Positions 20,051 to 30,354 are shown, counted from the first letter of the stretch. The stretch is 64,000 nucleotides of DNA from Candidatus Poribacteria bacterium (GCA_963663765.2 CAXXUA010000005.1:1-64000), one strand, 5' to 3'. A program made the numbers and translations. Notes: a model not told the origin generated them from the sequence alone.

Positions 20051-20628
20051 TCAATACACCTCAAACTTATGCTTAACACAGTGAGCAGGTATTGCGCCTT
20101 CTGCCAGGATCTCCGCGTCACGTAGTGTTCTCACAAGCGTTTCTAAAGCAATTGTGAGATTAGGTGTTCTCAGTGTACCTTCACTGTCGGGTGGCTGCGT
20201 GGCATGTTGTGTTAGGGACTCTCTCATATTTATTGGGTCAACAATGCCTAACAAGAAAGCAGGACCCCATCATGCTGGTACGGTGGATTTATACTGAGAG
20301 GTTGCGGTAAAACAGGGGCAACTACCTTGATCGGATCAAGCAGTTTAAGCCCTGAAGGGACCGGTTCATTAATTTCTCTTTCATAAACGTAGGACGGATG
20401 CTGTAGTGTAGAAATTTCTGTTCCAAAAAAGTTAGCATAATTTAAAGCGATTCCGTAAGATCGCGTCAGTGAAATAAAGGGACTGTTCACTGTTCCTCTG
20501 GCAATATGGAGCATCAACCGATCCGGGGTTGGCTGCATTTGCCGTGCCCGTGCATTGAACCCTGTTTGTCTTGCATCGTGAATATGCCAATAAGTACCAA
20601 TGCCTGCTCCTCTGTAAAATATCGCCAC
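20051..20628 (-). pseudogene. ADP-ribosyltransferase-like protein (R-S-E type), split by a 1-nt frameshift
   Basis: FYRG ... SPFISLT ... YVYE in one frame and RDAEILAEGAIP in the next. One extra G in the GGGG run at about 20275 joins them into 192 aa. Confidence 0.6.
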
Positions 20629-20677
20629 AATCCAATTCCGTTTCTTGTAAAAGCGTTGATCTGAAATTAATACTAAA

Positions 20678-20799
20678 CAGGACTTACGCAAAAAAGGTAG
20701 GCGTGCTTTGTAAGCGCGCTGGAAACCCATAAAAACGCTGATAATTGCATCATTTTCATCATAATTCTTGATTATATCAGGAAAACTGCGTAAGTCTTG
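20678..20799 (+). mobile_element. MITE family A
   Basis: 122 bp, CAGGACTTACGCA ... TGCGTAAGTCTTG; flanks CTAAA/CTAAT. Confidence 0.9.
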
Positions 20800-20855
20800 C
20801 TAATAATAACCTATGATATTTTGTTTGTCAAGAAAAACATTAATCAGGACCATTC

Positions 20856-23800
20856 TTACTGAAACATCAATCTTTTAAAAAGCGGATCTAAAGATTTTGC
20901 TTCTGGCACATTGCTATCTGAGTTAACATACACCTCGTTTGCACCTTCTATCAGATTGTGTTCCTGAATGAAGTTGTAATCTTGCTCAAAATCTTGCTGT
21001 TTCCACCCCGCAGTTTCACGCCAGATAATAACCACAGTTTTTTGTCTGACAGTGCCTCTATAGACAAGGTATCTTCTCTCACCATCTTTTAAACACTGAC
21101 GAGTCTGCACCGATAAACCGAGTAAATAATTGAAAGTTTCAGGTAAATCCACATCCAGTTGCTGTGTCTGCATATCTTTGACGATTTTGAGTTGGTAACT
21201 GAAAGGGGCTTGGAGTTCAGATATGTTTAGCAACGTTGGACTTTCCCTTGTCCCACTCTCCAACATATAACTCAATTGGTGTTCGTCAGGTAGCAAGTTT
21301 TGATCTTCAGTTTCGTTGAATTCTATGTTGTTGAGGGCATCTTCATAGGATTCAATGCGTTGGTACTTGAAAATGTGAGACAAGCGACTCTCACGAGAAA
21401 CGGGCTTTGCATCTTTCCATTTTTCCGCGTAAATGGCTTTCTTGATACGAGGTTTAAGAACGGCATCAAAATGATGTCCCATTTCAACAAGAATATATTT
21501 ACGATTACCTCCATCTGCACGGTTGAGGTTTATTGTAGCGTGTGCTGTGGTACCAGAACCTCCGAAGTAATCAAGTACAGCATCGTTTTTACCCAAAGAA
21601 GTAACACGAAGGCAATCCTCAACAAGATAAATAGATTTTGGATATGGAAATGCGAAATTGTCACCCAGCATATCTGACAAAATAGAAGTTCCATATATAC
21701 CTGCAGAATATAAATTTCTGTCCCACCATGTTTTTGGCAAAATACCTTCTTCTTTTAAATACCATTTCATACGGATACGGATATTTCCATTTCTGTCTTT
21801 GCTTGGATACAGCTCCGATGTTGCTACCATCTCTTTTACATTCTCAACTGAATAACCCCATGTTACTTCTGTACCGTTGGTTTGAATAGGCAGGACTTTT
21901 ATTTCATCAGGGTTGAGTGTATCTAATAGCTGCCATTGACGTGTGTCTTCATCCCATTGCATGTTGGGAATTCGGATTGTATCTGCATTGACAAAAAGCG
22001 GATAGAATAGACGCGGGCTATTTTCTCTAAGTTTATTAGGACCGCCAGCATCATTTCTGAGATTCACCCACTTAAAACGGTGGCCTTTAGCATCAATCTC
22101 TTTATAATTTTTTAGTTGTTTTTCAGTCCATTCAAGGCGACCTATTTTTATATCTGATGTCATGCCAAAAAACATGGCATATTCATGTGCAGCACCCAAT
22201 TTCTTAGGTGTTGCCACTCCCGATATATTAGTACACACTGCTGCAATTCCAAGTTCATTCTCTTTGCCGAAAAGATTTTGCAATAGATGCCAAAGATAAG
22301 GTGCTTCTACTTCATCTATGGCTGCACAGAGTGTGCTATTTGAAGACAATAGTATCCGCGAAACAGAAATCCGATCTGCTAATAATGACATCCATGCGGA
22401 ATCTTTGTACTCGTTCTTGTAAAGAATTGGCGATCCTTTAGTGTTATACGGAGGATCAATATAGATTGCTTTGACTGATTCGCAGTATTTCTCTGTCAAC
22501 AGATTTAACGCTTGGAAATTCTCACCATGAATTAACAAGCCATCTGTCTCATTGTCCAGATCACCAAAATGTGATAAGAAGCGATCCTTGAATTCAGAAT
22601 CAAAGTGCCAAGTGTCCAAAACAAGATTCGAATTTTCTTTAAGGAAATTAACGGAGAGCGGTTCTGTATAGTCGGTACCGACAGTGGTGTTAGTTATTTC
22701 ATCAATAGCAAAAAGGGCTTTCCACTCCTCAAGTTGTGCAGCGTTTTGTATAATTTCAGGGTAGAATTCTTCTGGGATGCGGTCAAGCGTGAAGCAATAG
22801 TCGGTGGAGAGAACAAACTTCTTTTTTAACCAAAGCCGTTTTTGAAATTCTTCTATGTGTGCTAAAAAGTCAATGATTTTTGAAGCGATGCAGTGGACAA
22901 GTTGTGCCGTTTCAAGCCAACTGTTGCTGACAATGGAATTGGATGTAGACGACTCTCTCTCTCTCTCTCTTTTGTTAAAAAATGTTTTGTTAAGATTAAC
23001 TTAGACAAAGGGATAACTTCGTTTTTTAGATAAACATCAAGTTCACGCGTAAGAAACTTTTTTAAGTCTTTGTGAATAAAGAAGTCTGCAGTGTTGCGGC
23101 GTGTATAGGTGCATAAATGTTTTTTCAAAAGCGTTTTTTCGTCTATTATGTGACCAAGTTCGCTCTGGATATCGTAGTAACCGCTCAATTGTCCTATGAT
23201 TTCTGGTTCAGCAGCATCAATAATTTTATCTTGTTGTTTTTGTTTACCATATAATTTCTTCTCTTCATCGGTAAGAGGGCGATACTCAAATGGGATGCAA
23301 ACTTCATCGGTTCCTGAGTTGTATTTTGTCTCTACTGATAACGGGATAAAGAAACGTTTATCACCTTTAACGTTATCCTTTTCAATATCTACATCTTGTA
23401 GGTCAAAGATTACAGTGGTGTCTTTGGCTTTAAATCTATAGTCAGCAAAGTGCTCTCCGCTCTTTACATAGTATTGGTCTTTGTTTGCCCAGTGTAAGTA
23501 GATTTCCTCACCATTATATGGGACTGCATAGCGTTCAGTTTGTGAGTAACGTCTACGTGGTATGAAGTCACCGTTATCATAATAACGAGAGAGAAAGGTG
23601 TAGAGGTGATTGAAAACGTTATCTGAGCGTTGATCACGTGTTTGTGGAGTACCGAAATTTTCCTTCGCTTCAAAATAATTCTTTACAACAAGAGCATCCT
23701 TATAAGTTTCGTTGATCAGATTCCCATCTGCATCTAACACATTCTCACCAAGTGTCTCAAGAATCTGTTGTCTAAGTTTCTCAATTTCTTCGCGATCAGT

Positions 23801-23983
23801 TTCAATTTCGGAGTTTAAATCAAGTGCCTCTTTAACGATTTCTGGAAGTTCCTTCTCAATAAAGTCTTGGATTACTTTACGACGATGGTTAATGATACGG
23901 TAAATGCCGAAATCAAGTTCTGCATCATCTGCGCGGAAAAGCTTTTGTAATAGGTCTTGTAGTTTTTGAAGGGATTCTGACAT
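20856..23983 (-). CDS. mod: type III R-M DNA methyltransferase Mod, out of frame at an (AG)9 tract
   Basis: N-part LDFGIYRI, YNGEEIYLHWANKDQYYVKS and DFFIHKDL. Second frame KIIDFLAHIEEFQKRLWLKKKFV, YIDPPYN, FPYPKS and LDYFGGSGTT. Removing one AG gives a 1041-aa ORF. Confidence 0.92.
22953..22970 (-). repeat. (AG)9 simple sequence repeat inside mod
   Basis: CTCTCTCTCTCTCTCTCT on the + strand, inside the interval where the frame must change. Confidence 0.95.
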
Positions 23984-24143
23984 GATTACCTGTTTATTTT
24001 GCTTAGAGAATTATTTTCAGCGATTTAGACATCACTGAATTATTATACGATGATAATTGTTTTTTTATGTCAAAAAAAATGACTTTAGTTATTCTGGAAA
24101 ACCTTCATATTGTATACCAAGAAGTGTTTATTTTGTGCTGTTT

Positions 24144-24734
24144 CTATTCAGGAAATGTAACACGATCATAAATCTCCCGCAAAGATAATTCACACTGGAT
24201 GGATGACAATGGAACTTTCTGCTCAAGGTCTTGATAACTGGTATACCCCCACTCATCCGGTTTTCGAAGGTAACGCTCTACGTTTACTGTATCTTGAGAA
24301 ACAATGATGTATTCCTGTAAGGATTCAAGTTGTCGGTAATGTGAGAATTTTTCGCCTCTATCATACGCCTCAGTTGTGGGAGAAAGCACTTCTATGATGA
24401 CTACTGGATTGAGAAGCGTATCAAAAACATTGTCTTCAAAACGCGGTTCCTCACAGACAACAACGACATCTGGGTAAAAGTAGGATGAAGTTAAGGGTGA
24501 ACTCACACGCATTTCGTTTGCTAAGACAGAACACTCACTACCTTTTAAACGGGTCCCAAGTTCAATTTGAATATTTCCTGTAATCAAATTATGCGCGTAA
24601 CTTGCACCAGACATTGGGATGATTTCTCCTTTGACGTATTCACTTCTCACTGTTTCAGCGTTAGGTATTGTTTTTCGTTCTAATGTGATGTATTCCTCTG
24701 ATGTGAGGAGTGTTTGTGCTGCTCCTGTTGACAT
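24144..24734 (-). CDS. Uma2 family endonuclease
   Basis: MSGASYAHN, YPDVVVVC and IEVLSPTTEAYDRGEKF motifs. Confidence 0.92.
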   Translation of the reverse strand: MSTGAAQTLLTSEEYITLERKTIPNAETVRSEYVKGEIIPMSGASYAHNLITGNIQIELGTRLKGSECSVLANEMRVSSPLTSSYFYPDVVVVCEEPRFEDNVFDTLLNPVVIIEVLSPTTEAYDRGEKFSHYRQLESLQEYIIVSQDTVNVERYLRKPDEWGYTSYQDLEQKVPLSSIQCELSLREIYDRVTFPE

Positions 24735-24790
24735 GATTCACTCCCTAAATTTATTGATTATTCTATTGTCAAGTAGTAGTGTGGGATGTC

Positions 24791-24969
24791 CAGGGTTATT
24801 TAGTTTTCCTAATGAGCGAATTTTTCAAAATGAAAACCCTCGGTAGGAGCGACCCGTGGAATGCTATTGGGCGAATGCGCGCATGGCATTCGCCATGATT
24901 CATACCGTTGATTTACCGGTCGCGATTATCTCAGAAAACAGGTAAAATGGGTAAAACTGAATAACCCTG
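24791..24969. mobile_element. MITE family B with 9-bp TSD
   Basis: CAGGGTTATTTAGTTTT / AAAACTGAATAACCCTG, with direct repeat TGGGATGTC on both sides. Confidence 0.92.
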
Positions 24970-24999
24970 TGGGATGTCAAGATATTTTAGTGCAACCTT

Positions 25000-26127
25000 C
25001 TAACTTCTAAAGAGATTCAAGTATTTCTCAAGGACAAAGAGACGATTTCGAGAATATCCTGTGATTTCTTCTAATATATCAAGTTCTGTCAAGGATTTTA
25101 GTAAGCGATTAGCACTTGAGTAATCCATATCTAATCCCTTTTCAACTGCTCTCACGTTAGCAATTGGTTTAACGTACATAAGGTGAAGTAGTTTGTGTGC
25201 TTTTTCCGCCCGAGAACCTAAAGTTAGTATTTTTGCTCCATATTCTTCCTGAAGTGCAATAATCGCCTTAAATGTTTCAAGTCCATGCTGAGCAGTTTCT
25301 GCGATTCCATTTAGAAAAAATGTAATCCATTGCTCTAAATCGTTTGCTGTCCGAACCATAGTAAGCGAGGCATAGTATACATCTCTATATTTCTCAAAAA
25401 AGGTGGACATGTAGAGTACCGGTTTCCTTAATATACCTGAACCAATAAGTTGCAAGATTATCAACAATCTGCCACATCTACCGTTTCCATCAAGGAAAGG
25501 ATGAATGGTTTCAAACTGGTAATGCGTAATAGCGATTTTTATCAGTTCTGGAATTTGTAAGGATTCATTGTGCCAATAGTTTTCTAAATCACTTAAGAGA
25601 TCCAGCAGTTCTACAGCTGATGGTGGAACAAAAATCGCATCAGCAAGCGATGAACCACCAATCCGATTCTGATTTTTTCTAATTTCCCCCGGGGACCTAT
25701 TTTTTCCACGAACACCGGAGAGTAGTATTTTATGAGTTTCTTTGAGAAGTCGAATTGAAAGAGGAATTCTTGGGAGTTCACTTATTGCAAAATTCATAGC
25801 TTCAATATAGTTTTGGACTTCTTCCCAATCATCTCGTCTTTCCGGATCAATTTCTTCTTGCGGCAAAACAACTTCATCAAGCTCGGTCTTTGTGCCTTCA
25901 ATCCGAGTAGAGTCTCTTGCTTCTTTTACAACACTCATTTTGATGAAAAAATCAACATCCGGAATGAAATCTGCATAAGCGTTGAGTTCCCCTAAGAGTC
26001 TCACCGCTTGTTCCAAAAGAACATCTATCTGAGGATTTCCCCAACCAAATTGGTGATTTACGGAGGAAGGCGTAAAACTTTTATATCCACCTTGCTGTTT
26101 ATATGTGCCCGCTATAAAATGTTTCAT
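25000..26127 (-). CDS. Fic family protein with C-terminal HTH-like region
   Basis: HPFLDGNGRCGR Fic motif and STRIEGT inhibitory-type motif; start taken as MKHFIAG. Confidence 0.92.
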   Translation of the reverse strand: MKHFIAGTYKQQGGYKSFTPSSVNHQFGWGNPQIDVLLEQAVRLLGELNAYADFIPDVDFFIKMSVVKEARDSTRIEGTKTELDEVVLPQEEIDPERRDDWEEVQNYIEAMNFAISELPRIPLSIRLLKETHKILLSGVRGKNRSPGEIRKNQNRIGGSSLADAIFVPPSAVELLDLLSDLENYWHNESLQIPELIKIAITHYQFETIHPFLDGNGRCGRLLIILQLIGSGILRKPVLYMSTFFEKYRDVYYASLTMVRTANDLEQWITFFLNGIAETAQHGLETFKAIIALQEEYGAKILTLGSRAEKAHKLLHLMYVKPIANVRAVEKGLDMDYSSANRLLKSLTELDILEEITGYSRNRLFVLEKYLNLFRS

Positions 26128-26143
26128 ATTATATTTAATCCTG

Positions 26144-26292
26144 TTTGACAATATAGAATTGCGTATTGTCATTTATATATGTTTTTGACAATATAGAATT
26201 GCGTATTGTCATTTATATATGTTTTTGACAATATAGAATTGCGTATTGTCATTTATATATGTTTTTGACAATCTAAAATTCTATATTGTCAA
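26144..26292. repeat. 40-bp tandem repeat of a palindromic operator-like site
   Basis: TTTGACAATATAGAATTGCGTATTGTCATTTATATATGTT occurs three times (26144, 26184, 26224) plus a variant at 26264, immediately upstream of fic. Confidence 0.9.
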
Positions 26293-26486
26293 TCGGTGTA
26301 ATATATCAATTTTTGTAGCACACGATTTACAACGAAATAGGTGCAATAATATATTGCGGACTTCGTTGACTATGTAATCAGGGCTAATAATTCACCTTGT
26401 CCCTCAAAATTGTGTATACAACAATTGCACAGGTAAAATATAATGATAGGGTTGATCTGAAGTACTAAACACATCTTATCGTCATG

Positions 26487-27536
26487 TTACCAATCCCGTT
26501 TTCCCACATAGAGCGAACGATTTTCCATAGGAAGCGAAACGCGTTGACCACCCAACCGGTGCGATTCTATCATACCCATTAACGTCTCTTGACTGCGCCG
26601 TGCAAGATGAACGGGTCCCTTCGTCTCACGGTCTTCGTCAAGTGCTTCCGCGATGTCTCTGATACCCATGATCGTGCCAGTTGTACGTGCTACTTCTGGA
26701 AAGGGCACATCCTCATAGAAGACTCCATCTCTTTTACGGAATTGGATTTCTCTGCTATTATTCTGAATTCGGATTTTACCACCCGTACCGCACACCTCAT
26801 ATTCTGGTCCAGTACCAGCTGTATTATACCCGTGAACACCGTTGGAAAAACGGATATAACCACATGTAACAGCTGGGTCAACATTCAAACAATTGCCATC
26901 CCAATCTGAATCCTTGCACGAAACTGTGCCTTGAACGAAGTTCACCTCAGGATCGCCAGCGAGGAAAAGTAGCATGTCTGCAGCATGTGTTAATCCCCAC
27001 AGAGCAGAACTTGCACCGTATTGTGCGATAGTGCATTGAATATCACCAATTTCACCCGCGTCCACAAGTTCACGCACTTTGCGATAGATCGGCATGAAAC
27101 GTCGTTGCGTGCCGTAGTTAAACTTCACACCATGCTTTTCAACAATATCCACCATAACATCTGCTTCTTCCATAGAGCAGCATAGCGGTTTCTCACAGTA
27201 GATACCCTTAACACCATTTTCTGCTGCGAAGACAGTAATATCAGCATGCGACCCAGGACGTGTCGCAATACAAATAATGTCAGGCTTTTCCTTTTCTATC
27301 ATCTCCTGGTAGTCAGTATAAGCACGTGCTGCCCCGTAACGTTGTCGGATAGATTCCGCTTTTTCAGCAAAAATATCAGAGACCGCAACAAGATCCGTTC
27401 TATCGCAAGCAACCGCAGCAGCTGCGTGTGAGAAGGGCAACCATAAGAAACTATTCGGACGATCAGCGACCTCATCGTCAATCGTTGCCCCCATCCTTCC
27501 ACACCCGATAAGACAAGTTTTATATGAACGTGGCAT
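26487..27536 (-). CDS. Gfo/Idh/MocA family oxidoreductase
   Basis: IGCGRMG, IYCEKPL and GTQRRF motifs. Confidence 0.9.
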   Translation of the reverse strand: MPRSYKTCLIGCGRMGATIDDEVADRPNSFLWLPFSHAAAAVACDRTDLVAVSDIFAEKAESIRQRYGAARAYTDYQEMIEKEKPDIICIATRPGSHADITVFAAENGVKGIYCEKPLCCSMEEADVMVDIVEKHGVKFNYGTQRRFMPIYRKVRELVDAGEIGDIQCTIAQYGASSALWGLTHAADMLLFLAGDPEVNFVQGTVSCKDSDWDGNCLNVDPAVTCGYIRFSNGVHGYNTAGTGPEYEVCGTGGKIRIQNNSREIQFRKRDGVFYEDVPFPEVARTTGTIMGIRDIAEALDEDRETKGPVHLARRSQETLMGMIESHRLGGQRVSLPMENRSLYVGKRDW

Positions 27537-27661
27537 GTTTCTCCTCTATTATAAAATAAGACAGATGTTAGGAAATCTAATTATGGTATAGGACAGGAAC
27601 GCAATCCTGTCCCTACATTCCTACTCAAAAACCAAATCGGTAAATTGAATGTCAGTCAAGG

Positions 27662-29116
27662 TTATTCCCCAGGATAGAGCCTACCGAAATAGGGTGAATA
27701 CCCAGCAGGACCAGGAAATCCATCAAAGAATACCGGATTTTTTGGGAATGCATTCTCACCGCCACTATGCAACCACTCCACTAATCCCGGATCTAAACCC
27801 CGACGTTCAATCTCATTAACAGCAGCAGCGTGCAATTTCGCAACGACATCCGGATGTTCGTTCTGAACATAGTCCAAACTTCCCAGCTTAATCAACTTTG
27901 AGTTTTCAGGTTTTGCAGCAACCTCTATGTTCCATTCCTGATCAAAAGCAGTAAAGAGGATAGCACCTTCATTCTTTGATGCATTTCTCCACCTTTCAAT
28001 AGCACCACCCGAGAGTGCGATTTCTCGATCACCCGATTTTCCTTCGCGAGCAGGTGTTAGGAAGTCGTGTCCTTCAAGACCCTCCGGATAATCTTTACCA
28101 AGAAGACTCAAAATTGTTGGGAAAAAGTCTTGTGGTTGCACGATGTTGCTACTACGTCCAGAATCTCCCTCTGGTAAACGCACAAAAAGCGGGACGTGTC
28201 CCTCTCCTTCACGCACAGGTTGTCCTTTACCGAAAGAGCCTCGTTCCCCAACATTCGTGCCGTGGTCACCCGTTAAAATAACAGCCGTTTTCTTATCCAA
28301 GCCAGTGGATTCAAGTGCATCCACGAACTGTCCAAAACAGTGATCCATCCACGACAATTTAGCAGCATATTGGTCCTTTACGTGTTGCCTTGCTGCATCA
28401 GATAGAATCCGTTTGTTTCTACCACCGAGGCTGCGAGGATCAATACGACCGTCATAACCGGGACGTTTGTCATATTTCTTCATGAACTCAGGGGGTGCAT
28501 CCCACGGTTCGTGTGGGTCAAAGCAATCCACCCAGAGAAAAAAGTTTTCGCGTTTCGCATTATCCTTAAGGAATTGTGCTGCAGTGTTGAAGAGTTTCGC
28601 GCAATTCCAATCCTCTAACTTCTTCCGGTTTCGGTTAGCACGCGCATAACTTCGCAGCATATTGGATTGGATATCTATTTCACCAAGACTATCAAAAAGT
28701 TCATCCTTAGCCCAATTGTCTGGCACAGGGAGTGTATCCATTATCCAATCACGGTCTACTTCAGCACCACGTACAAAGGTCCAAGCGTGGAACGGCCAAT
28801 CAAAATTATGACCGCCATTGACAAGGTGAGGTGTGTCGTGAATAAGTTGTGTTGCATAGCCACTCTGTGCAAGTGTCCGAGGTAAAGTCCGACGCTCATG
28901 TCGCAAGGGTTTCCATGCATGGAAAGGCGCACCATATTGTCCAGTAATGACATCAGTACGATACGGAATTGTCGGAAAACTGGCACAGAACGCCCGATCA
29001 AATGCCCACGCTTTAGAAGCAAAACGATCAATATTCGGTGTTTCTATCCAATCATTTCCATTTGCCCCGATATAATCATATCGTAAAGTATCAATAACAA
29101 TGTAAGCAATGTTCAT
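27662..29116 (-). CDS. sulfatase-like hydrolase (alkaline phosphatase superfamily)
   Basis: IDTLRYD, TPNID, SFPTIPYR, FDPHEPWD and TGDHG motifs. Confidence 0.88.
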   Translation of the reverse strand: MNIAYIVIDTLRYDYIGANGNDWIETPNIDRFASKAWAFDRAFCASFPTIPYRTDVITGQYGAPFHAWKPLRHERRTLPRTLAQSGYATQLIHDTPHLVNGGHNFDWPFHAWTFVRGAEVDRDWIMDTLPVPDNWAKDELFDSLGEIDIQSNMLRSYARANRNRKKLEDWNCAKLFNTAAQFLKDNAKRENFFLWVDCFDPHEPWDAPPEFMKKYDKRPGYDGRIDPRSLGGRNKRILSDAARQHVKDQYAAKLSWMDHCFGQFVDALESTGLDKKTAVILTGDHGTNVGERGSFGKGQPVREGEGHVPLFVRLPEGDSGRSSNIVQPQDFFPTILSLLGKDYPEGLEGHDFLTPAREGKSGDREIALSGGAIERWRNASKNEGAILFTAFDQEWNIEVAAKPENSKLIKLGSLDYVQNEHPDVVAKLHAAAVNEIERRGLDPGLVEWLHSGGENAFPKNPVFFDGFPGPAGYSPYFGRLYPGE

Positions 29117-29337
29117 ATAAATTCTCCATCAGATAAGGTAAGGTTTTTGTATTACATTTACGAACTTGTTTAATAAACAATTATTCCAAGAATAAACATA
29201 TACGTATCATTAGTTCCGTTCCTTACATTCTATTAGTACCTATAGGTCATTTCTATCACAAATTACCTATCAAATATAGTGAATATTATCAATATCTCAT
29301 CAGTAAGTCAAGCAAAAAGGCATAGCCATGTACTAAG

Positions 29338-29529
29338 CAGGACTTACGCAAAAAATGTAGGCGTGCTTTGTAAGCGCGCCGGAAACACATAAAAACGCTG
29401 ATAATAACAGGACTTACGCAAAAAATGTAGGCGTGCTTTGTAAGCGCGCCGGAAACACATAAAAACGCTGATAATTGCATCATTTTCATCATAATTCTTC
29501 ATCAAATCATGAAAAATGCGTAAGTCCTG
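29338..29529 (+). mobile_element. MITE family A with duplicated left 70 bp
   Basis: Two CAGGACTTACGCA starts (29338, 29408); TSD CTAAG. Confidence 0.9.
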
Positions 29530-29554
29530 CTAAGAATGAACTGCCATCGGAAAA

Positions 29555-29737
29555 GGGTATGTAAAGTTTTGGTTACTGTGCGTAGGGGCGGGGTCTCCAC
29601 GCCCGAACAGAGGTTTTACGCAGGCGAGGATACCTCGCCCCTACGATGTCCACAGTTCCCTAACGTCAAGCAAGCTTTGATAGAAACTGGACGGACTTCT
29701 TTTCATATCAGAGTTTCTACAAAAACTTTACACACCC
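29555..29737. mobile_element. MITE family C, complete
   Basis: GGGTATGTAAAGTTTT / AAAACTTTACACACCC ends, with internal REP doublet GTAGGGGCGGGGTCTCC...GATACCTCGCCCCTAC. Confidence 0.8.
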
Positions 29738-29745
29738 ACCACCAG

Positions 29746-30105
29746 CAGGGTTATTTAGTTTTAGGTATTTATGATGATTTTTTGCTATGACGTTAATTTT
29801 ATGTGTTGCCATCTTGTCCGTGTCTTTAGTCCCGTAGGGACGATATGTTTATAGAAAAATGCTATCTAACTCTCTTGAGTTCCGTAGGAACGGCATAGAA
29901 GAATAAACATATCGTCCCTACGGGACTAAAGAGCTGGGGAGGGTATTCGTTTTCTATAAACATATCGTCCCTGCGGGACTAAAGAGCGATGTTCATGTTT
30001 CAATAATCTAAAATTGATGTATAAGGTGCAGTTAGGAAACCTCATTTGGGTATTAACTATCAGTAAATCTCAATAACAGAAATCTTTTAAAACTGAATAA
30101 CCCTG
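29746..30105. mobile_element. MITE family B carrying AGTCCCGTAGGGAC repeats
   Basis: ISAs1-type TIRs; flanks CACCACCAG/CCCCACCAG (8 of 9 match); inverted AGTCCCGTAGGGACGATATGTTTAT copies at about 29828-29981. Confidence 0.85.
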
Positions 30106-30152
30106 CCCCACCAGACTTTTCATTGAAAATGAGATGCTCCTCTGGTATACTT

Positions 30153-30308
30153 ATACCAATTCAAATAAATCTTGTCTCATTAAGGAATTCTAATGTTTAC
30201 TGGCAGGGGGTTACTCTCTTCGGTAGGAGCGCCCTCCCGGTCGCGACCGTGAGGGCGCTCCTACCAGATTTTCGCTGATAATGAGACATTATCACATGAA
30301 AATGGTAT
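30153..30308. mobile_element. MITE-like element with REP doublet
   Basis: Imperfect inverted ends ATACCAATTCA..TGTCTCATTA / TAATGAGACA..TGAAAATGGTAT; internal GGTAGGAGCGCCCTC...GAGGGCGCTCCTACC. Confidence 0.6.
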
Positions 30309-30354
30309 TACTAATACTACGTAAGCCTAATGTAATTACGATTGTGGTAAAAGG

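Noticed and set aside
26144-26292. Mini-CRISPR upstream of fic
   Set aside because: The 40-bp units are exact tandem copies with no variable spacer.
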